DNA of 64,000 nucleotides, taken from the NCBI GenBank assembly GCA_045592105.1, contig JAZNUB010000033.1:162-64161 (forward strand). Direction: 5' to 3'. The stretch is from Eubacteriales bacterium. GTDB taxonomy: Bacteria > Bacillota > Clostridia > Oscillospirales > CAG-382. A model generated the notes under the pieces. That model was not told the DNA's origin, did not search any database, and saw only the letters and a program-made list of their open reading frames with translations. The translations under genes were made by a program, and so were the position numbers. Each line of letters begins with the position of its first letter. The first letter of the stretch is position 1. Of this stretch, positions 15,014 through 21,749 are shown piece after piece.

Positions 15014-16642
15014 ATGATGGAAGAAAGAAGAAACGCAGTAATTTATGCAAGGTTTTCCTCCGACAATCAGCGTGAGGAGTCTATTGAAGGTCAGCTTCGT
15101 GAGTGCAAGGCTTTTGCCGAGAAGAACGGCTACCTTATCGTAGGCACTTACATAGACCGTGCCTACTCTGCTCGTACCGCTGACCGCCCCGACTTTCAAA
15201 ACATGATTAAGGACAGCGCAAACAAGTCCTTTGATTATGTTATAGTCTGGAAGCTTGACCGTTTTTCAAGAAATCGCATTGACTCTGCTATGTATAAGAG
15301 CATGTTGAAGAAGAACAAGGTTAAGGTCATATCCGCTACCGAAAACATAACGGATGACCCAACGGGAATACTTATGGAAGCCGTACTTGAGGGAATGTCC
15401 GAATATTATTCGGCAGACCTATCTGAGAAAATTCTGCGCGGACTTACGGAAAACGCTCTTAAATGCAAATCCAACGGCGGAGCTGTTCCAATTGGATATA
15501 AAGTATGCAATCAGTATTATGAGATAGACCCTCTTACTGCTCCTGCGGTGGTGGAGGCTTTTGAAAGCTATGCAAACGGAGCAACGATGCGCCAAGTTGC
15601 AGATGAGCTTAACGCAAAGGGCGTGAAGAACAACGTTGGCGGCAAGGTTACCGTAAACGCTGTTGCCCGAATGCTTCACAACCGAAAATATATAGGCGAG
15701 TACAAGTTCAGGGACATAATAACCCCTAACGGCATACCTGCGATAGTAACCGTTGAGCTTTTTGAACGTGTACAAAGCAGAATGGAGATAAACAAAAAAG
15801 CCCCTGCCAAGCACAAGGCAGAGGACGAGTACATACTGTCGGGTAAGCTGTTTTGTGGCAAGTGCGAAAGAATGATGACTGGCGAAAGCGGCACAAGTCA
15901 TACTTTGGATGTACACAGATATTACAAATGCTACGGTGTCAGAAAGCACTTTTGCGATAAGAAGACGGTCAAGAAGGATTACATCGAGAACCTTGTTATA
16001 AAACATATACAAAGCATCATGTTCGATGATAAGCTGATTGACCTCTTGGCTGATGACGTTTTAGAGGAACTAAACAAAGAAAATACTGTTATTCCTATTT
16101 TGAGAAAACAGTATTCTGAGACAGCTAAAGGCATCGAAAACATCATCAATGCCATACAGCAGGGGATACTTACCCCGTCAACCAAACAAAGGCTTGAGGA
16201 ATTGGAAAGAGCCAAAACAGAGCTATCTATGCAAATAGCTAAGGAGGAAATGAAAAAGCCGGCTCTTACAAAAGCAATGGTTGTGGAATGGTTTACAAAG
16301 CTTAGAAAGTTTGACATCACCAAAACCGAACACCGCAGAAGATTGGTTGACGCTTTTATCAACGCAGTTTTCCTTTACGATGACAGAATAGTAATTGTGT
16401 TCAATTACAAAGACAGCGCAAAAACAACGTCCCTTGAAGACGTAACCGCTTCTCCCATAGGTTCAGATTTAAACACGGACGCTCCACCAACAAAAACAGA
16501 ACATTTGTCTACCGACAAATGTTCTGTTTTTGTTTATCCAAGCCGCAGGCTTGGCATATCATCAGTCCCTGCGGGGCTGGATATCATCACGGCAACGCCG
16601 TGTATCTCATCACGCGCCAGCGTGCATTTCCCTGCGGCTTGA
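15014..16642 (+). CDS. large serine recombinase (resolvase catalytic domain + recombinase domain + zinc ribbon + coiled coil)
   Basis: AVIYARFSSDNQREESIEGQ (catalytic Ser region), VWKLDRFSRN, and CGKCERMM...YYKCYGVRKHFC zinc ribbon. The last ~50 codons run through a terminator hairpin and the repeat module, so the native C-terminus is doubtful. Confidence 0.85.
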   Translation: MMEERRNAVIYARFSSDNQREESIEGQLRECKAFAEKNGYLIVGTYIDRAYSARTADRPDFQNMIKDSANKSFDYVIVWKLDRFSRNRIDSAMYKSMLKKNKVKVISATENITDDPTGILMEAVLEGMSEYYSADLSEKILRGLTENALKCKSNGGAVPIGYKVCNQYYEIDPLTAPAVVEAFESYANGATMRQVADELNAKGVKNNVGGKVTVNAVARMLHNRKYIGEYKFRDIITPNGIPAIVTVELFERVQSRMEINKKAPAKHKAEDEYILSGKLFCGKCERMMTGESGTSHTLDVHRYYKCYGVRKHFCDKKTVKKDYIENLVIKHIQSIMFDDKLIDLLADDVLEELNKENTVIPILRKQYSETAKGIENIINAIQQGILTPSTKQRLEELERAKTELSMQIAKEEMKKPALTKAMVVEWFTKLRKFDITKTEHRRRLVDAFINAVFLYDDRIVIVFNYKDSAKTTSLEDVTASPIGSDLNTDAPPTKTEHLSTDKCSVFVYPSRRLGISSVPAGLDIITATPCISSRASVHFPAA

Positions 16643-16722
16643 TGAGATACAATGCTCCGCATTGATGATATACCGCAACAAGTTGCGGATGATATACACG
16701 CCTTCGGCGTGATTGAGACGTG
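16486..16722. repeat. composite 'terminator + hairpin-ladder' repeat, copy 2
   Basis: 18-bp perfect hairpin 16492-16531 (loop TACC). Left 10-mers at 16555, 16581 and 16602 (xTATxTCATCA). Right inverted 10-mers at 16640, 16663 and 16688 (TGATGAxATAC). Every spacer forms its own 4-7-bp hairpin. Confidence 0.8.
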
Positions 16723-16737
16723 AGTTGGCGAAAGTTC

Positions 16738-16766
16738 TTGAAGTAGCCTATAAAATATGATATAAT
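16738..16766 (+). promoter_or_regulatory. sigma-A-type promoter of cassette 1
   Basis: TTGAAG 16738-16743, 17-nt spacer, TATAAT 16761-16766. Confidence 0.5.
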
Positions 16767-16787
16767 CCCCTCGAAGGGAGTGATTAT

Positions 16788-17135
16788 ATGGCCAAAAACT
16801 ATTTATTGATATATTCAGAACAGCTTGCGACCGATATGGAATTACTTTGTCAAAATATAAAAGCTCCTTCCAACACTCTTTTCCAGATCCGAAAAAGTTC
16901 AAGTAGTGTGTACGCAAATATACGTGAGGCAAATTACGGACAGAGCAAAGCAGATATGCTTTCAAAATTTGAGATCGCGCTAAAAGAATGTAGCGAAACT
17001 GAGGGGTGGTTACAGCTACTATTCAACACAAACAGCATTGATGAAGAAACGTATAAAAACCACAGAAATCTTTGCGGACGTATCAGACGAATGTTGATTG
17101 CGAGTTGTAAAACCTTGAAGGAGAAAACGAAATGA
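16788..17135 (+). CDS. four-helix-bundle protein (23S rRNA intervening-sequence protein / Avd-like family)
   Basis: 115 aa. The pattern ...RKSSSSVYANIREANYGQSKADMLSKFEIALKECSETEGWLQLL... is typical of this family. Confidence 0.7.
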   Translation: MAKNYLLIYSEQLATDMELLCQNIKAPSNTLFQIRKSSSSVYANIREANYGQSKADMLSKFEIALKECSETEGWLQLLFNTNSIDEETYKNHRNLCGRIRRMLIASCKTLKEKTK

Positions 17136-17449
17136 ACAATACGAAATGGACAGAGATATTCAAAGAATTTTATTATGGCATTGAATGTGCAGAGGATGAA
17201 AATTTAAGAAACATACTGATTCCATGGACAACCAAAACGATAAATGGCTATATATACTCTGATACGACATGGACGCATTTTGGCGTTGATATGGAATATT
17301 CAAAAGAGATAGAATGGTTAAAAATTGATTTAACTCCTATAAACAAAGAAATTGTGATTGATATTTTGAAAAAAATTCATGTTCCCGGCGAGGTATTTGA
17401 CGATTGTGTTTATGTATACGGCTATCGAACAGATGTTGACTACATATAA
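17132..17449 (+). CDS. hypothetical protein (105 aa), translationally coupled to the four-helix-bundle gene
   Basis: ATGA start/stop overlap at 17132-17135. AT-rich. No family recognised. Confidence 0.55.
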   Translation: MNNTKWTEIFKEFYYGIECAEDENLRNILIPWTTKTINGYIYSDTTWTHFGVDMEYSKEIEWLKIDLTPINKEIVIDILKKIHVPGEVFDDCVYVYGYRTDVDYI

Positions 17450-17518
17450 TAATATACAATTCATTTGGACACCTTATGTTCGAATCCCCCCGTTTAGACA
17501 TCTTTTATCACGTTTAAG

Positions 17519-17845
17519 GCAACAAAAACGCAATTTTGTCTACCGACAAAGGTGCGTTTTTTGGATGATATTTGCCTGCGGCAAATGATATTGGCTACGC
17601 CAATGATGACGGCTTCGCCTAATGATGTGTGGCTTCGCCGCAGTTTGAGGCAAACATCGCATCATTGCGGAACGAAGTGGAGCAACATCATTTTTAGCAA
17701 AGAGAAAAACATCATATCGCCGTAAGGCGTATATCGTCACGCGAAGCGTGTATCTCATCAGCCGTAGGCTGTATTCCGCTTTCGCGATGATGATATACAA
17801 TTCCTGCGGAATTGATGATATACACGGCTTTAGCCTTGATTTATT
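17519..17845. repeat. composite 'terminator + hairpin-ladder' repeat, copy 3
   Basis: Imperfect 17-bp hairpin 17524-17561 with the same TACC loop. Four GATGAT(AT)+hairpin units, then an inverted block. Core 17718-17793 matches copy 1 at 73/76. Ends in CTTGATTT, which supplies the -35 of the next cassette. Confidence 0.8.
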
Positions 17846-17864
17846 GGCAAAAGCGCGATATAAT
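17836..17864 (+). promoter_or_regulatory. sigma-A-type promoter of cassette 2
   Basis: TTGATT 17836-17841 (inside the repeat end), 17-nt spacer, TATAAT 17859-17864. Confidence 0.5.
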
Positions 17865-17888
17865 GAAGCCAAGGGAGGCGGTGAAATA

Positions 17889-18335
17889 ATGAATACACAG
17901 ATGTATTCCAAGGAAAACTTTTTAGAAATGGATCCTATGCATGATTCATACGCTTCAAAAATACATGTTTTAAATAACACTTTGATCATTACATATGATG
18001 AGCTTGATAAGTGTGTGCAAAATGCTGATGGATCACCTTGTTATAAATATAAACGCTTAGTTATAAAGTACGAATTTGACTCTTTCTGTGATGCAAAATT
18101 ATACTATGGTAAAAACAAATATAAAATCATTGACTTGCAAGAACAAATAGGGATATTTAACAAACTGATGGACGGCTGTGTATTTATGTCGTATAAGTAT
18201 GCAGTGGATTGCTGTAAAGAAATAACCTTGGATTTTAACATAAGAAAAAGGCGAAAAGATAGGTTTTTACACAATAAATATTGGGGTGTAGAAATAAGTC
18301 TGGATGCTACAATGGTTACATATGATTGGATGTAA
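17889..18335 (+). CDS. hypothetical protein (148 aa), possible immunity-type protein
   Basis: Start moved to the ATG at 17889 (RBS AAGGGAGG). The upstream part of track ORF 17748.. lies in the repeat. No family recognised. Confidence 0.55.
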   Translation: MNTQMYSKENFLEMDPMHDSYASKIHVLNNTLIITYDELDKCVQNADGSPCYKYKRLVIKYEFDSFCDAKLYYGKNKYKIIDLQEQIGIFNKLMDGCVFMSYKYAVDCCKEITLDFNIRKRRKDRFLHNKYWGVEISLDATMVTYDWM

Positions 18336-18418
18336 TCGTTAAATTGGTATACACCGTTTTTGTTTTTACCCCTGTTTAGATCTCTTTTTGCCCATTTATC
18401 GCGCTTCGGGCGATTTTA

Positions 18419-18447
18419 TTGAAATATGCAGTAATTCGTGGTATAAT
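18419..18447 (+). promoter_or_regulatory. sigma-A-type promoter of cassette 3
   Basis: TTGAAA 18419-18424, 17-nt spacer, TATAAT 18442-18447. Confidence 0.5.
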
Positions 18448-18480
18448 CAGTTCGATAAATAAGAATTTGTGGGTATAATT

Positions 18481-19122
18481 ATGAAACTGACAAAGAGAAA
18501 CATCGTTGTTTTATGTTGCTCACTTGTATTGATATGTGCAGTCACATTCAGCGCAAGATTCATAAAATACATAGACATAACTGCACTTAAAATAATAACT
18601 AAAGTTTTCCTCAATCTGTTAAATGGGCTTATCGCATTTATTGCAATGAAACTAACGGATATGAAAATCGAGATTGACCTCAAAAACAAACGTCAATATT
18701 TGATTGGTATTGCGATTGCACTTGTTCTAAGTGTTGTAATTGCCGTTATTCCTGCTCTTTGCGGTTTTTCGTTGGTAGGAAATCATGCGGATTTTTCGTG
18801 GTTTGTACTCATCTATGATTTGTTGTTCCTTTTGTTAATTATAGGTCCGGTAGAAGAATTTATATTTCGTGTATATTTGCAAGATGCCTTTGTAAGTTTC
18901 TTTGAAAAGAATAAGTGGCTTGGGATTGTAATCGCATCATTCCTGTTCGGATTGTTTCATATCATCAACGGAAGTATCATTCAGGTACTGTTCACATTTT
19001 TTATAGGACTTGTATTTGGTTTTGCAAAACACAAAATTAAGGATTGCGGTTATGTAGGTGTTGCTTTCGGGCACGGATTATATGACTTTTTGAATACCCT
19101 TGTGAGAATGTTTATCGTTTGA
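18481..19122 (+). CDS. CPBP-family intramembrane glutamic endopeptidase (CAAX protease / Abi-type self-immunity family)
   Basis: Motifs EEFIFRVYLQ, FGLFH and HGLYDF in a polytopic membrane protein. ATG at 18481 preferred over GTG at 18469. Confidence 0.8.
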   Translation: MKLTKRNIVVLCCSLVLICAVTFSARFIKYIDITALKIITKVFLNLLNGLIAFIAMKLTDMKIEIDLKNKRQYLIGIAIALVLSVVIAVIPALCGFSLVGNHADFSWFVLIYDLLFLLLIIGPVEEFIFRVYLQDAFVSFFEKNKWLGIVIASFLFGLFHIINGSIIQVLFTFFIGLVFGFAKHKIKDCGYVGVAFGHGLYDFLNTLVRMFIV

Positions 19123-19177
19123 CAAATTCGGGGTTATAGAACAATTTGCTTTTTTCATATATATCGTGTTGTTATTA

Positions 19178-19206
19178 TTGCATTTTTGCGGAATATATTG
19201 TATAAT
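19178..19206 (+). promoter_or_regulatory. sigma-A-type promoter for the SPFH-mscS unit
   Basis: TTGCAT 19178-19183, 17-nt spacer, TATAAT 19201-19206. Confidence 0.5.
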
Positions 19207-19259
19207 ACGTTTATTGATTAGTAGTTGATAATAAAAACATTCAGAAAGGAACTGATATT

Positions 19260-20711
19260 ATGGGACTTATTAAAGCAGGTATAGGTGCTCTCGGCGGCAC
19301 ATTGGCAGATCAATGGAAGGAGTTTTTCTATTGCGACTCACTTCCTAACGACGTGCTTGTAAGAAAAGGACAAAAGAGAACCAGCAGCAGATCCTCCAAC
19401 ACCAAGGGCGAGGACAATATAATTTCCAACGGTTCAGGCATTGCCGTTGCAGACGGTCAGTGCATGATAATAGTTGAGCAGGGCAAGATAGTGGAAGTAT
19501 GTGCAGAGCCCGGTGAGTTCACATACGATACTTCAACAGAGCCTTCCATATTCTCCGGCAGCCTTGGCAAGAGCATAATTGACACGTTTAAGACCATCGG
19601 CAAGCGTTTTGCATACGGCGGCGACACGGGCAAAGACCAAAGAGTGTATTACTTCAACACAAAAGAAATACTTGGCAACAAGTTTGGTACTAAAACGCCT
19701 ATAATGTTTGAGGTTGCAAGCAAGGCGCTTGCCTTTAGCAAAACCGTTGGCATCCGTTGCAACGGCATCTACTCCTATGAGATAAGCAACCCCTTGCTTT
19801 TCTATACCAACGTATGCGGCAACGTAGAAAACGAATACACGAGAGATCAGATAGACGAAACCTTGAAGACAGAGTTTATCTCCGCCCTTCAGCCCGCATT
19901 CTCTGCATTGACGGCGTTGGAGCTAAGACCTGCACAGATACCCGGCAAGGTAAACGAGCTTAAGGCGGCAATGAATGAGGCTCTTAAAGCAGAGTGGGAG
20001 GACAGCCGCGGTATAACCATAGGTAAGATAGCGCTTAACCCCATAAGCCTTGCAGACGAGGATATGAAGGCGCTTAAGGAAATGGAAGATGCGGCTCTTA
20101 TGGGCAGCAGCGGCTTTATGATGGCAGGCAGAATGACCAATGCTACTGCTGATGCGATGAACGCAGCGGCTAACAACTCTGCCGGTGCTATGACGGGCTT
20201 TTTAGGCATGGGCATGGCAAGTAACGCAATGGGCGGCGGCTTTAACGCGGCACAAAACTTTTACAATATGGGTATGCAACAGCAAGCTCAGCAGCAACAG
20301 CAGGGGGTAGTAAACCCTGCGATTCAAAGAGATATGGAAGCAGGCAAAGGCGCCATGGGCTGGAAATGCGCTTGCGGCGCAACCGTAACGGGCAATTTCT
20401 GCCCCGAATGCGGCGCAAAGAAGCCTGAGCCTAAGGTTGAAGGCGGTTGGAAATGCGCTTGCGGCGCTACACCTACGGGTAAGTTCTGCCCCGAATGCGG
20501 CGCACCAAGGCCCGCAGAGGTTGAGGGTTGGACCTGCTCCTGCGGTGCAGTAAACAAGGGCAAGTTCTGCCCTAACTGCGGAGCGAAGAAGCCCGCGGGC
20601 GTTCCTCAGTACAAGTGCGATAAGTGCGGCTGGGAGCCCGAAAAGGGAACAACTCCCCCTAAGTTCTGCCCCGAATGCGGAGACCCCTTTGACGGTGGCG
20701 ATATAGCTTAA
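19260..20711 (+). CDS. SPFH (stomatin/prohibitin-like, YdjI-type) protein with four tandem C-terminal zinc ribbons
   Basis: N-terminus MGLIKAGIGALGGTLADQWKEFF. C-terminus has 4 copies of (W)xCxCG-x7-FCPxCGA. Confidence 0.8.
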   Translation: MGLIKAGIGALGGTLADQWKEFFYCDSLPNDVLVRKGQKRTSSRSSNTKGEDNIISNGSGIAVADGQCMIIVEQGKIVEVCAEPGEFTYDTSTEPSIFSGSLGKSIIDTFKTIGKRFAYGGDTGKDQRVYYFNTKEILGNKFGTKTPIMFEVASKALAFSKTVGIRCNGIYSYEISNPLLFYTNVCGNVENEYTRDQIDETLKTEFISALQPAFSALTALELRPAQIPGKVNELKAAMNEALKAEWEDSRGITIGKIALNPISLADEDMKALKEMEDAALMGSSGFMMAGRMTNATADAMNAAANNSAGAMTGFLGMGMASNAMGGGFNAAQNFYNMGMQQQAQQQQQGVVNPAIQRDMEAGKGAMGWKCACGATVTGNFCPECGAKKPEPKVEGGWKCACGATPTGKFCPECGAPRPAEVEGWTCSCGAVNKGKFCPNCGAKKPAGVPQYKCDKCGWEPEKGTTPPKFCPECGDPFDGGDIA

Positions 20712-20740
20712 TATACGTTTAGGGCAGAGGTATTAGGTTT

Positions 20741-21553
20741 ATGGATTGGAAACAGGCGTGGCATTTCTTGTTTGAGCTTGGTGCCTCTTGGGGTATTAAG
20801 CTGTTAGGCTCCATTGTTGTGCTGCTTGTCGGCTTAAAGCTTATAAAGTGGGTAAAAAAGTGGATAAAATCCACCCATAAGCTTATTAAGATAGATGATA
20901 GCGTGCGCTCGTTTCTTGTAAGCTTCACGGGGTTTGCACTTTACACGGTGCTGTTTATTACCGTTGCGATGATGCTGGGGATACCCGCAACCTCGTTTCT
21001 TGCGGCGATAGCCTCTTGCGGGGTTGCAATAGGGCTTGCTTTGCAGGGTGCTTTAAGCAACTTTGCGGGCGGGCTGATGATATTGATATTTAAGCCGTTT
21101 AAGGTTGGCGATTATATCACCACGGCAGAAACAGCAGGAACCGTGATTGCCATAACGGTTGTTTATACCGTGCTTAAAACGCCTGATAACAAGGTTATAA
21201 CCGTGCCCAACGGCACGCTAACAAACACCGTGGTGGAAAACTATTCCGCGGTGGAAAAACGCAGGGTGGATCTTAACTTTAACACCTCGTACTCTTGCGA
21301 TGTGGACAAGGTGAAGGAGCTGATTTTGCGCGTTATAAGCAGCCATCCGCAGGTGCTTAACGACCCTGCGCCGTTTGCTCGGCTATCAGAGCACGGGCAA
21401 AGCGCGCTTGTGTTTACCGTGCGCGTTTGGTGCAAAACGGAGGACTATTGGAACGTTAGGTTTGACCTTGTGGAGGACGTGAAGAAGGCGTTCGACGCAA
21501 GCGGAATAGTAATACCGTATCCGCAGATGGACGTGCATATTAACAAGTATTAA
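20741..21553 (+). CDS. small-conductance mechanosensitive channel (MscS family)
   Basis: Three N-terminal TM helices, then GDYITTAETAGTVIAITVVYTVLKTPDNKVITVPNGTLTNTVVENYS. Confidence 0.85.
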   Translation: MDWKQAWHFLFELGASWGIKLLGSIVVLLVGLKLIKWVKKWIKSTHKLIKIDDSVRSFLVSFTGFALYTVLFITVAMMLGIPATSFLAAIASCGVAIGLALQGALSNFAGGLMILIFKPFKVGDYITTAETAGTVIAITVVYTVLKTPDNKVITVPNGTLTNTVVENYSAVEKRRVDLNFNTSYSCDVDKVKELILRVISSHPQVLNDPAPFARLSEHGQSALVFTVRVWCKTEDYWNVRFDLVEDVKKAFDASGIVIPYPQMDVHINKY

Positions 21554-21574
21554 TAATGGGGATGTAAAAATGCC

Positions 21575-21686
21575 GGAACCCTACGCACCGCAACAAGGTT
21601 TAACTTTAAAATAAAGCCTTGTACTTAAATTGTAGGGCAACGCATCTTGTATTTTAGTGAAGTTTTGTCACTCGGCAAACTTAGTT
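21575..21686. repeat. REP/BIME-like intergenic repeat (family 3), short copy
   Basis: CCCTACGCACCGCAACAAGGTTTAAC...AAATTGTAGGGC...TTGTATTTTAGTGAAGTTT aligns with 36608-36705. Confidence 0.65.
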
Positions 21687-21727
21687 GGGGCTGTATCAAA
21701 TCGTTCGATTTGATACAGCCCCTTTTG
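21687..21727 (+). terminator. rho-independent terminator (GGGGCTGTATCAAATCG...CGATTTGATACAGCCCC)
   Basis: 17-bp stem followed by TTTTGTG. Confidence 0.65.
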
Positions 21728-21749
21728 TGTTTTATAAAACTAACAACCT

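Larger units (their letters stand above)
7633..19250. mobile_element. AT-rich genomic island next to tRNA-Ala: mobilizable element (MobV relaxase + large serine recombinase) plus accessory cassettes
   Basis: Starts right after a tRNA. Sampled 60-nt lines gave 20/60 G+C (8221-8280) and 17/60 (17161-17220), against 32/60 (3601-3660) and 30/60 (19261-19320) outside. Contains relaxase and recombinase genes. Exact ends are not determined. Confidence 0.5.

Noticed and set aside
16481-16490. GCTCCACCAA is identical to the tRNA-Ala 3' end (7624-7633), suggesting an att direct repeat.
   Set aside because: It is only 10 nt, and a chance match in 128 kb of two-strand sequence is not negligible. Serine recombinases do not need long duplications. 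It is kept only as a testable hint within a finding, not as a feature.
16788-17135. The four-helix-bundle (Avd-like) protein might mark a diversity-generating retroelement.
   Set aside because: No reverse transcriptase and no template/variable repeat pair are visible anywhere in the window.
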